From the NCBI GenBank assembly GCA_002269645.1, contig NIVC01000860.1, forward strand, positions 186,001 to 250,000: 64,000 nt of DNA, read 5' to 3'. This DNA is from Macrostomum lignano. Its lineage: Eukaryota. A model generated the notes under the pieces. It saw only the letters and a list, made by a program, of their open reading frames with translations. It did not search any database and was not told the DNA's origin. This document shows positions 13,288 to 23,964 of this stretch, one piece after another (positions within the stretch are counted from its first letter, which is position 1; each line of letters opens with the position of its first letter). The translations under genes and the position numbers were made by a program.

Positions 13288-14026
13288 ACAATTTTTGGAC
13301 ATAGTGAAGTTTATTTAGTCTTTGGCCAGCTCAGTCCTAGAAAATTGAGTTTGATTTAGTCAGCACTCGGGTTTACCATAGACTATTAGTAAAGAAATAA
13401 AATCGATTTAGCCAAGTTCCTCTAAATCCGTCTTTCGTAACTTTTATTAAGTCAAAGTGAATTTAGTCGTTTTAGCTTTGAGAAGATACGAGTACACTGT
13501 AGTTAAATGAACACAGACACAACAAATCGCCAATCTGGGAACAACACAATCAAGCGTTGCTGCATGTCATTGAGCGTCGCGGTGGGCGTTTCACCAATAA
13601 ATTCAACAAGCCTGTCGAGCATAGCTTCAGTTAAAGCTTTTGGCTTATTTCCTTCCTCGTCTCGAGGCCTGAACGCGTCCACTTTGCTCGTATTTAACGA
13701 TAACATTTCTGGCAGACTGACGTGGGATGTTTAGCTGTCTCGCTAGTTGCTGCCAATCGGCATTGCCAATAAAGGCGTTGGTGAGTCTTCGCCGGTCCTG
13801 CTCAGAGATAGTGACTCTGCGAATGCCTGCAGCTGCTGCCATGATGACGAAACAAAATTCAATTTGACTAAAATCAAGTCATGGAAGGGTTTAAATACGT
13901 GGCACTTGACAAAATCGATTTCATTCTTTACTAATAGTCTATGGTAAACCCCGAGTGCTGACTAAATCAAACTCACCTTTCTAGGACTGAGCTGGCCAAA
14001 GACTTCACTTATGCCCAAAAAATTGT
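13288..14026 (-). mobile_element. Non-autonomous Tc1/IS630-like element with ~130-bp imperfect TIRs, encoding only a transposase N-terminal HTH region (one frameshift)
   Basis: TA|acaatttttggacat...gggtttaccatagactattagtaaag pairs with ctttactaatagtctatggtaaacccc...atgcccaaaaaattgt|TA. The internal minus ORF reads ISEQDRRRL...WQQLARQLNIPRQSARNVIVKYEQSGRV...RRG/GNKPKALTEAMLDRLVEFIGETPTATLNDMQQRL. Confidence 0.75.
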
Positions 14027-14039
14027 TAAAAGATATATA

Positions 14040-14527
14040 CCTTTTTGCGATCTAGTTTGCCAAAGCTGCAATCACTTTTGCCAAAACTGCGACCTAGTTT
14101 GCCCATAGCAAGCCAAGAAGAATTTTTATTGAGAATCAATTCGGAAATGTGACGAAATAAACTGTAACAGTGAACAATAAACAGCGAGTTTATAATGGTA
14201 GACGTAGGCACAAATGCTCTCAATCATAGCATTGTTAAGGGACCTCCGCTTGGCACCTCCGCGAGGCAGAGGCTCCATACGACCGGTTGCGTTGAATTGT
14301 CCAACTATGTAAGTCACGGTTTTTCGTGAGATGCCCGACAGCCTACCGAAATCTTGCCAGTCCTCTCCATCCTGATATGCTTGAATCAATCGCTGCCGGT
14401 CCTTCGCTGAAATCCTGTTATAAGGTCCACGCTGGGCCATTCTTTGATCTTGCTATGTATGTCTGTGGTGTTTTCTTTGCTATGGGCGAACTAGGTCGCA
14501 GTTTTGGCAAACTAGATCGCAAAAAGG
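14040..14527 (-). mobile_element. 488-bp non-autonomous Tc1/IS630-like element with TA TSD, encoding an intact HTH-only ORF (14126..14440)
   Basis: TA|cctttttgcgatctagtttgccaaa ... tttggcaaactagatcgcaaaaagg|TA. ORF MAQRGPYNRISAKDRQRLIQAYQDGEDWQDFGRLSGISRKTVTYIVGQFNATGRMEPLPRGGAKRRSL. Confidence 0.8.
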
Positions 14528-14703
14528 TATATTATCAATTTTTTTCAGCCATGTTGATAGCTAAGCCAACCAAGTTGAGAATTCCCATATGGCAGCAGTA
14601 GATTCGGTCTTGACCATAGACGTAGGCAAGGATGGAATGGGCAAGTGAGTTGATAATTCTGATATTTTACTGCATCTATGAGCTCAAAGATTCACAGTTT
14701 TAA

Positions 14704-14708
<5 letters not shown>

Positions 14709-14760
<52 letters not shown>
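14709..14760. repeat. (GA)n microsatellite
   Basis: Read directly. Confidence 0.95.
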
Positions 14761-14764
<4 letters not shown>

Positions 14765-14849
14765 AAGAGAGAGGCTGCTGCTGACATGCTTCTTGGTGCT
14801 GATGTCTATGGTCGAGTCATCAAATTTATCTACTTGTTTGACTTTCTAT

Positions 14850-15150
14850 TAGCCAGCACCAGCGGGCTTTAGCACCAGGGGCTTTAGCACCAGGGGCTTT
14901 AGCACCAGGGGCTTTAGCACCAGGGACTTTAGCACCAGGGGCTTTAGCACCAGGGTTTTAGCACCAAGGGGCTTTAGCACCAGGGGCTTTAGCACCAGGG
15001 GCTTTAGCACCAGGGACTTTAGCACCAGGGGCTTTAGCACCAGGGGCTTTAGCACCAGGGACTTTAGCACCAAGGGGCTTTAGCACCAGGGGCTTTAGCA
15101 CCAGGGACTTTAGCACCAAGGGGCTTTAGCACCAAGGGGCTTTAGCCACT
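14850..15150. repeat. 15-bp minisatellite (ggggctttagcacca), ~20 copies
   Basis: Read directly; ORF 14849..15073 (LVLKP)n is its translation. Confidence 0.95.
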
Positions 15151-15249
15151 GCCACAGAACTGCAATCGACCATAGGGGCTTAGACAATGGAACCAATTAA
15201 GTGGATAGTTGCATTAATTACTTGGTTTGAAATTCCCGACTTGATTGTC

Positions 15250-15929
15250 ATTTAATCAGAGAAACAGCCTTAAACCCTTCAGGAACCTCTGCCCTTGGCT
15301 CCTATCCCTGCGGCCACCATCAATCGTAGCATTGATGCCTGGGCCTCCACCCTGCACGGGACAGATGGATGAACCTCACCACCTGCCGCCAATCGCGCGC
15401 GGCGGTCCCTCGTCCATCCCGAAAGCTCCGAACTGTCCTCCTGAACCAAAGCAGGAAGGACATCCGGGCTCTTGCTATGACCCTCACGGGGCATGGCTGC
15501 TTCGCTAGGCACTGCTTTCTCCGGGGCGACATCCGGAATGAACTGTGCCCTTTTTGCGAATACGACAACGAAGATGTTCAGCATTTAGTTTGTCAATGCC
15601 CGTTCTTCACCAGGGAGCGGCTTAACCACCTTAACCATCTATCGATGACGTTTGTAGATCTGAGAACATCTCACGGCTCGTCCGGTTCCTTCGGGCAACT
15701 AGACGAGCCTCTTTCTTCCCAAACTAAGAGAACGCTGCAGGACGTACTGGCGGACCGCCCTGACTGCCCCCGCACCATTGCCGAAGCGGGTCACCAGGGT
15801 TTGGCGGAATGGGCGGCGCTCGCCTCCCCGCTGCGTCTTCGGACCCCCCTGCAGCAAGTTAAGTTAAGCAGCCTTAAACAACTGGCTTGTATTGCAGTCA
15901 GTGCATGCTCAAAACTTGCCAATTATTAG
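15250..15929 (+). mobile_element. 5'-truncated 3' end of an I-group (LOA/R1-like) non-LTR retrotransposon ORF2
   Basis: CRQSR...LLNQSRKDIRALAMTLTGHGCFARH...CPFCEYDNEDVQHLVCQCP is the C-terminal CCHC knuckle region typical of these LINEs. Confidence 0.8.
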
Positions 15930-16408
15930 TTTGACGAAGTCAAGACGAACGAATTTTTGTGAATCACTAGATTAGCCTCTGTTTCTCAGTCACTTTTGAT
16001 ATCACTTGTGGCTGCTGTATTGCTCGCTCCTTGTCCTAGCAGTCTTTGGTGGCTTCATTTTGACTCGCTGTTTCCCTGAGGGTTGTGTGAGGGTTGTGGT
16101 TAGGGTTAGGGATTAGGGTTTTCGCGCAGGCAGTTGTCGTGCAGGCAGTGGCATGGAACACTCTATCATGTATAATTTGTGATGCACTGAAAAAGCATCT
16201 CTTAATCGACTCATAGACAGAAAAGTAAATAAAAAGTTCTCTGGTTATTTGTTGCATGCAAGGCTTCTGATAGGCATTTGAAAATATTAGAAACAATTAA
16301 GGAGGCGTGAGTTGAAGAAACTATGAATTCTAATAACGGGTACAAAATGCAGCCTTGATTAAAACTCTATTACCTTGTAAGACGTACATGTCCAAATAAT
16401 AGATAAAA

Positions 16409-17509
16409 TCATTGATTTAATATCCTCCTAATCGTATTTACATAGTCCCACCTGACCCAGATTGCGTCCCAGTCTCTGAAGTCTTCCGGATTGAGTCGCT
16501 TTAACGTGATCGGCGACATCAGTACAAAGAACCTGCTAGTAAAAAAGTTCACCAGGCGCCCATAGTTTGGCGACATGGCCGCGCTGTCGTAGAAGTAGGA
16601 GCGCCGCCACTCCATCAGTACGACAACAACCTGTCGCTCGTCGATCAGCTTTGCGCTGCTTTCGAAGAAGTCGCGCTCTCTGGTCTCGAGGTGAATTTTC
16701 ATCACAACGAACCGAGTCCTCAGGTGCGGAATGAGGTCATCTCCGAGTCCGGTAGCTACCGGAACCGTGTCGCGAACGACTGCAGACTTCGGGCTGCCTG
16801 AGCCGTCTTGGGCTCCAACGAGCTTGCAGGACTCGGCGTCGTACTGCAGGTACCGGATGCCGACCCGGGTGTGGAAGAAGGCCCAGAAAAGCCGCAGCAG
16901 ACCCGACCGAGCGCGCAGCTTCCTGGCTGACAGCCGCAGTCGGACCAGGTTTCGAATGTTCCAGTCCACCGCGACTGTCGCGATTCCGGCGTCCACCGCT
17001 TGCAGGCTGTACACGCCGATGTCGCTGCCGACGTCAAGGAAGGTGACCTCGGACTTGGACAGAGCCCGCATGATGTCGATGAGCCGCGACACCAGCTGGA
17101 GCTCCCAGGACTGCGACCGGAAACTCGTCCGAGAAACAAGGCCGCGACCTCGGTACTTGAAGATGGTTATGTTCCGGTCAGCGACTCTGCTCGTCAGGTG
17201 GTCCACAGCGGCCGCTCGTCTCACTTCGTGCTCGATGCTGAGCGGCAGTCTGTCAGGCAGCTGACACAGCGGAAACTTGCCGCCAATGATGGTGAAGGCC
17301 GTGATGTTCTGGCACAGTCGTCTTCTCATGCCGTCATGGAGAAAGTTGACGCTGCTGAGCTCGGAGAAGCCGGCACAGCGGGTTGCAGAAAGCGTGTCCG
17401 CTCGCAGGTGCAAAATAGCACAGTACAGCAGCAAGGCTAGAGACGCTGCTCCGATAAAGTTCAGAGTCTTTTTCTGATAACTGAGTCCGCATGTTCTACT
17501 GAGATTCAT
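16409..17509 (-). CDS. FkbM-family (Methyltransf_21-like) SAM-dependent methyltransferase-like protein with N-terminal TM anchor, single exon, 366 aa
   Basis: Uninterrupted ORF with hydrophobic FIGAASLALLLYCAIL. It contains TFLDVGSDIGVYS (cf. D-x-G-A-N-x-G), VAVD, VVMKIHLETRE (cf. KIDxEGxE) and VVLMEW. Confidence 0.75.
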   Translation of the reverse strand: MNLSRTCGLSYQKKTLNFIGAASLALLLYCAILHLRADTLSATRCAGFSELSSVNFLHDGMRRRLCQNITAFTIIGGKFPLCQLPDRLPLSIEHEVRRAAAVDHLTSRVADRNITIFKYRGRGLVSRTSFRSQSWELQLVSRLIDIMRALSKSEVTFLDVGSDIGVYSLQAVDAGIATVAVDWNIRNLVRLRLSARKLRARSGLLRLFWAFFHTRVGIRYLQYDAESCKLVGAQDGSGSPKSAVVRDTVPVATGLGDDLIPHLRTRFVVMKIHLETRERDFFESSAKLIDERQVVVVLMEWRRSYFYDSAAMSPNYGRLVNFFTSRFFVLMSPITLKRLNPEDFRDWDAIWVRWDYVNTIRRILNQ

Positions 17510-18689
17510 TGTTTCTGACAGAATAGAAAACGATCAATCGCCCGGCAGCTCTCGTTACAAGCCTCCGAGACTACAGTGGAAAGAGATTATGCTAAATCCA
17601 TGGTCTGAAACGCACGCACAGCCAAGTCAGTACCTCTCCTCGGGCTGCTATAAGCTTTCTATATACCTCTGATTTATCATTGTGTGCTTTGCAGTCTGGC
17701 GGTCCCCCAGTGTGAGCCGCTGTGCTCTGCCCCTCGTCCCAATTTCTCTTGCTTCTCTTGTTCCTCTGAGCCGGTCAGCTCGCCCAGAGTGCAGCACCCC
17801 TCCCCTCTGGGTCTGCTTTAGCCAATACACACTGGCCTTGCTGATAATCGACCTTAAAATGGAATTGTTGACTTAGGAGGTATTGCTAAGCATTAATAAT
17901 ACGCCCTGACTTTGCTGTAGTGTACATACGTATTGAGGTACGAGTGCAGCCCGTACAGAAGTACGACCTAGCTATAGGTCTCGATAATTGCAGAGCTTGC
18001 CCTTTTTGAGCTTAATGAATTTGAAGGATGCAGGACATTTTCTTAGAATGCTCATCAAAAGAACGCATAGCGCTCTATGGGGTCCGGCCATACACAAATT
18101 CGAGTTTACTGAGATAGCAAGATTTAGCATAGTATTCAATAGTGGGAAGACTTACTAAGCATTTCAAGGCTAAGTTTGGTGCGGGAAAATGCACTTGGGG
18201 GAAAAAACTCGGGGTGTAGATTGGCCTGTACTCTCGCGCTTCCACTCGCCTTAAATTGCAAGTTCTGTGCCATTAATTACATGTATTCAAAGGGTCTCCG
18301 GTCAGATAATGAGAAATGATTGACATCAATCTCGTGCGTGTGGGTGTGAAGTGAATGGCTTTTGTAGTGCTCAGGGTGTAGTATACAGCTGTTTATTATA
18401 TTAGTTGCTATTAAGAAATTGAGCAAATGCTACTCGTATCTGTGTGGTTCTGTCAAAATTTTTGCCTGATAAGGTGGTGTTTGTTCCCTAGCTAAGGGGG
18501 CTCGGGCTTCAATCCGGACGATTCTACTCCAGATATTTTTGTCTAGAACTCCGTGGCTTGAGGTTTGATCAGGAAGTCTTCTTTTCCTAGACCTTTTTCT
18601 AGAGCTCCGTGGCCTCTAATTCAGATAGTTTCCATTGCGGGATTTTTTCTAGAGCTCCATGGCGTGTGATTTAAAAGTTTCCACTCAAG

Positions 18690-19080
18690 ACACTATATCT
18701 AGAACTCCGTGGCTTGTAAATCTAGAAAGTTTCCACTCCAGACACTATATCTAGAACTCCGTGGCTTGTGATTCTAGAAAGTTTCCACTCCAGGCACTAT
18801 ATCTAGAACTCCGTGGCTTGTGATTCTAGAAAGTTTCCACTCCAGGCACTATATCTAGAACTACGTGGCTTGTGATTCTAGAAAGTTTCCACTCCAGACA
18901 CTATATTTAGATCTCCGTGGCTTGTGATTCTAGAAAGTTTCCACTCCAGGCACTATATCTAGAACTCCGTGGCTTGTGATTCTAGAAAGTTTCCACTCCA
19001 GGCACTATATCTAGAACTCCGTGGCTTGTGATTCTAGAAAGTTTCCACTCCAGGCACTATATCTAGAACTCCGTGGCTCA
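18690..19080. repeat. 52-bp minisatellite (ctagaactccgtggcttgtgattctagaaagtttccactccaggcactatat), ~7 copies
   Basis: The unit recurs at 18751, 18803, 18855 and onward; degenerate copies extend left to ~18540. Confidence 0.92.
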
Positions 19081-19549
19081 CAATTTTGCAGAGGGTTTTA
19101 ACTTGCGCATTTCAAGACTACGAGTACATACTCTATATCATCCCTAAAAGAGCTTTAACACTCATATATCGCTGATCCAGTAGTCTCTCGGATACGAGCT
19201 ACTCTATTGTCCATCCAGAGCTGGCGGCATGAAACGCACGGAGTTGTCTCATCGTCCATTCGCTCTTCTGCACCAACAACAACAATAGCATACGCGTTTG
19301 AGTACGAGCTCAGACGCTCAGACACACACAGCAACTATAGAATCCGCATCCGAAATATTTAAGCAAACACTACGATTTAAGTACCTTGCTGTGTTGTCCT
19401 GTTAACAAAATAATTTACGCCAAGATTTTCATGTCAGAAAAAAGATGCCGACCGTCTTTGGCAATGGAATTTTGACTCTGTAAGTGGCTTAACATACTTA
19501 CATTTGACTGTTCGATCGATAAAAGTGCACAATGGCTGTGTAGTTTGTA

Positions 19550-19968
19550 CCCCTCTGTAGCTGGCAACCTCTGTGCATAGCTGGCGCCCCCTCTGTAGCT
19601 GGCGCCCCCTCTGTAGCTGGTGCCCCCTTTGTAGCTGGCGCCCCCTCTGTAGCTGGCGCCCCCTCTGTAGCTGGCGCCCCCTCTGTAGCTGGCGCCCCCT
19701 CTGTAGCTGGCGCCCCCTCTGTAGCTGGCGCCCCCTCTGTAGCTGGCGCCCCCTCTGTAGCTGGTGCCCCCTTTGTAGCTGGCGCCCCCTCTGTAGCTGG
19801 CGCCCCCTCTGTAGCTGGCGCCCCCTCTGTAGCTGGCGCCCCCTCTGTAGCTGGCGCCCCCTCTGTAGCTGGCGCCCCCTCTGTAGCTGGCGCCCCCTCT
19901 GTAGCTGGTGCCCCCTCTGTAGCTGGCGCCCCCTCTGTAGCTGGCGCCCCCTCTGTAGCTGGCGCTCT
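19550..19968. repeat. 18-bp GC-rich minisatellite (gtagctggcgccccctct), ~22 copies
   Basis: Read directly; ORFs 19434, 19498 and 19573 are its translations. Confidence 0.95.
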
Positions 19969-20036
19969 CTCTGGCGACATTCAGTTAACATGTAGTTGCA
20001 TGCAATTCTCGTGCTCGTCTCAAACTCTTCCAACAG

Positions 20037-21761
20037 CCTGCTCTTCGCCAGTCACCTGGCCTTGTTCGCTGCGGCACAGACGTGTCAAAATAACGGCACC
20101 TTCGATTGGGTTCACTACACCTGTCACTGTCCGGTGCAAGCGTACGGTGATCAGTGCGAGCACCTGTTCGCCAGCGCGAGCCCATGCCGCAACGCCAGTG
20201 CAGCCGGTGTGACGACAATCCAAGACTCGACGAGCGCCCACGCCGCCCGCCAGCTGGAGTCCTGCAGCGCTTCGTCCGGCGGCAGGTCGTGCATCAATTT
20301 TGGGTCGCTATCGACCGGCTGGCACCGGTTCGAGTCCAGCAGCGGTAACTACCTGGTGTCGGACGGAGAATTTCCATGTACACTTGGCAAGCGGATCGGT
20401 TGCGGCTGCGGCAGAAACGATACGTGCGAGGCCTTCACTCTGCGACACCTGGTGCTCGAGGGCCAGCCTGAGAATGGAACCAACCTGTACTCGGCAAGGG
20501 CGTATTCGTACATGGAGGACAAGACGCAGTGCTACGATAGCAGCGTTCTGTTTTACAATGTCAGAGTTCTGAAATGTCCCAACAATGAGGAACTGTACTA
20601 CATGGGCCCTACAATGAGCTCAACTCATCGTTATTGCATCGGCGTCTACAGTTCTACAACTGCTCGAGTTCCGACCCCTGATGCGAAAGAGACCTCATCA
20701 CCGACTCCTGATCATGGAGGAGTCTCATCACCGACTCCTGATCATGGAGGAGTCTCATCACCGACTCCTGATCATGGAGGAGTCTCATCACCGACTCCTG
20801 ATCATGGAGGAGTCTCATCACCGACTCCTGATCATGGAGGAGTCTCATCACCGACTCCCAATCATGGAGGAGTCTCATCACCGACTCCTGATCATGGAGG
20901 AGTCTCATCACCGACTCCCAATCATGGAGGAGTCTCATCACCGACTCCTGATCATGGAGGAGTCTCATCACCGACTCCCAATCATGGAGGAGTCTCATCA
21001 CCGACTCCCAATCATGGAGGAGTCTCGTCACCGACTCCCAATCATGGAGGAGTCTCATCACCGACTTCTGATCATGGAGGAGTCTCATCACCGACTCCTG
21101 ATCATGGAGGAGTCTCATCAACCACGTCTAATCAGGATGCCACCTCGTCACCGGCAGAGAGGGACACGAAGTCATCAACTCAAAGTAAATATATGCGGCA
21201 GTAGTGTCTAAGCATCCAACAAAAAATTATAAAAATATTTCACTGATATACATGGTATATATTTTTGCTATAAACATTTGATGCACTTTCACGATTTCAG
21301 CAAGCCCCACAAGCACTCCAAGGAGTTCAGCTGGCGAACCAGACGTAAACTACTTGGTAGATAGTAAGCAGCCAAACCTTCGTGTGAACATTTCGGGTTG
21401 GGAAAAACCCGGAGAGCTAGTTTGTCGGGTGCGATCGGATTCTCTACAGGTGAACTATCTGCCAAGACCCTTGCCGATGACGGTGGCAAGCGACTCTTTG
21501 AGCGCTCAGTGCGACTTGAGTTCAGTGCTTGAGTGGCTCAGGACGACAAACAAGATTTATTTTAATAGCCAGGTAAGTGGGTTTTTTGTTTTAATTCAGA
21601 GCTTCAAGTTAACAAACATAAGCTTGGATATTGAATAAAAATTCAAAACGCCTTAATAACTAGAATAGTTTTAATCAATTATTAACTAACATACCGAAAC
21701 AATTAAATTTGTATAGTTATGCAATATTACAATGCGCTCGCATAGTTAGGATGACAGAATA

Positions 21762-21842
<81 letters not shown>

Positions 21843-21845
21843 TAC

Positions 21846-21892
<47 letters not shown>

Positions 21893-22095
21893 TCGCTGCT
21901 CACGTCATTCCCCAGGTTGATTTTGTGACCAAAACCGGTCAGAAGTTGCACTCGGTGGACATCACGGTGTGCCAGAGCCAGTTCCAGGGCAAGCCAGTTC
22001 GCCACCTGCGGAATCGAAGCCAGTGCGCGATTGAAGGAGACGATGGCGGCGAATTTCGGCCCAACAGCTGGTGGCAGTGGTTCGGCTACAAGTGA
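20037..22095 (+). CDS. Secreted EGF-like + uromodulin D8C-like + Ser/Thr/Pro mucin-repeat protein; exons 20037-21184, 21301-21572, 21916-22095 (first coding exon not located)
   Basis: CQNNG...CHCP...YGDQC (EGF), then GWHRF...C...CGC...C...VRVLKC...YYM...YC (D8C-like), then (SSPTPDHGGV)n. Splice phases match: A|CA at 21184/21301 and CAG|GTT at 21572/21916; the frame ends WWQWFGYK*. Confidence 0.75.
20695..21122 (+). repeat. Coding 30-bp tandem repeat, ~14 copies (SSPTPD/NHGGV)
   Basis: In frame within ORF 19996..21204. Confidence 0.9.
21764..21890. repeat. (GACA)n microsatellite in intron
   Basis: Read directly. Confidence 0.95.
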
Positions 22096-22394
22096 CCTTC
22101 TTTGACACTAACTATTTATTCGGAAGATTACTTAATGAGCGCTGTTTTGCGTGAAATTAAAGATAAAAATGTGTTAGACAGTAAATATTCTTTTCAGATT
22201 CATCCTTTTAGAAAACTCCTCAACATTTGATTGTGAATATTGCATTACTGCCATGCGCTTGGGAGTACACAACGCATTCACCCTGGCGTCATCAACGATG
22301 TTAATAAAAATTGAAACAAATCATAATTGGATTGAATCCAAAAAGACACCAGTTTAAGTCCCTTCTACTGTAACAGCTACCAATCTGACCGATA

Positions 22395-22468
22395 GACACT
22401 GACAGACAGACAAACAAGCTGACAGACAGACAGACTGACAGGCAGACAGACTGACAGACAGACAGACT

Positions 22469-22503
<35 letters not shown>

Positions 22504-22592
22504 TGACAGGCAGACAGACTGACAGACAGACAGACTGACAGGCAGACAGACTGACAGACAGACAGACTGACAGACAGACAGACAGACAGACT

Positions 22593-22624
<32 letters not shown>

Positions 22625-22708
22625 CACTGACAGACAGACACACTGACAGACAGACAGACTGACAGACAGACAGACTGACAGACTGACAGACAGACAGACT
22701 GACAGACT

Positions 22709-22750
<42 letters not shown>

Positions 22751-22788
22751 AAGACAGACAGACAGACAGACAGACAGACTGACAGACT

Positions 22789-22822
<34 letters not shown>

Positions 22823-22900
22823 AAGACAGACAGACAGACAGACAGACTGACAGACAGACAGACACACAGACAGACAGACTGACAGACAGACAGACACTAA
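22395..22900. repeat. Compound (GACA/GACT)n microsatellite
   Basis: Read directly; the (SVCL)n ORFs are artefacts. Confidence 0.95.
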
Positions 22901-23269
22901 GACACTAGTACAGGCACTAAGACGAACAGACTCTACGAGAGGCAGATACTGAGAGACCAGACAGGCACACGGATCTGTGTTGAGACCCAGCTAGCCCTAC
23001 TCAGCCCCCCCTCCTTTTCGGCGCAGTAAGCGAGCTTTGGTATGCATTGCAGAGCACACAGCTCAGACAGCTAGAATTACAGACAATGGCTTCTAAATAT
23101 AACTATGGCGTGTCGATTCAACCTGGAATATTTTTATTGTCCAATTTAGCTTCCACAAAATAAGCACAGAGATGTGGTGAAGCTTCGTGGACCGGGCCTG
23201 GATAAAGACGTAAATGCAGCACTAACTAATTAACTAATATATCGAATAATAATATGATCATAATATTCA

Positions 23270-23566
23270 TTACACCTGCCCCAATTGCGCCAGATGTGCA
23301 ACCGACAGCTCAGCCGCAGCTATTGCGCGGCGCATCTGAAGGCTGCGTACGGCTGTTCAGTCCAAGGACTGGGGGTCGCCACACACAGACTCAATTACCC
23401 CAGCCATAATTCTGGTACCCATTTTACAGCTGGGTGAACTGAAGCAATGCAGGTTTAAGTGTCTTGCTCAAGGACACAAATTGTTCCAGTGGGATCGGGA
23501 ATCGAACTCCCGACCTTCAACTCAAGTTGTGAGTCCGACGCTTTGACCACTAGGCTACAACTTCCT
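23270..23566 (-). mobile_element. tRNA-derived CORE-type SINE
   Basis: The minus strand reads gTAGCCTAGTGGtc (A box)...GGAGTTCGATTCC (B box), then tgtgtccttgagcaagacacttaa...ctgtaaaatggg, matching the MIR/CORE domain pattern. Confidence 0.75.
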
Positions 23567-23964
23567 TTCAAACTGCATACCGAAATTCAAGTGAGCCGCG
23601 AGCCAATTATGAGTCAGTCATACCACAGACTGAGCAGACTTCGGGCTGGGGCTGGGCGTATGCGAAAATCTGCGTGCTGCACAGAAAAAAAAGGAAAATA
23701 GGAAAAGACAGGAGAAGTTTGGTTTCCTTCTGTCCACTGCTGTGAAATCGAGTCAACCCAAATCCTGTCAAGTGCCGTCAGCTGTCGGGGCGGCTCCAGT
23801 CCTCCCGTCTCCCTCCCCTCTCCTCTAACTGATTCCTTTCACCCCCCGAGTGCTTGTACCCACCTATAGTTTTGTATGAGCGCTGAGACTCCTGCCCGCT
23901 ATTAAAGCTCTTCTCCTAAGAGGAAATCTCTGCTGTACAGCGATCAGCGTTAGCAACTACTTCG

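Noticed and set aside
3312-13359. Dozens of membrane-protein-like GLSMVCLWFVY ORFs
   Set aside because: Translations of the 11-bp minisatellite; the frame shifts with every unit.
16090-16125. TTAGGG-like interstitial telomeric repeat
   Set aside because: Only ~3 imperfect units; too short to interpret.
18690-19080. CRISPR-like array (also considered for the 491-bp and 45-bp repeats)
   Set aside because: The repeats are contiguous with no unique spacers, there are no cas genes, and the context is eukaryotic.
23766-23955. Possible solo LTR (TG start, ATTAAA) upstream of the 4-TM gene
   Set aside because: No convincing CA end with a 4-6-bp TSD, and no second copy in the window.
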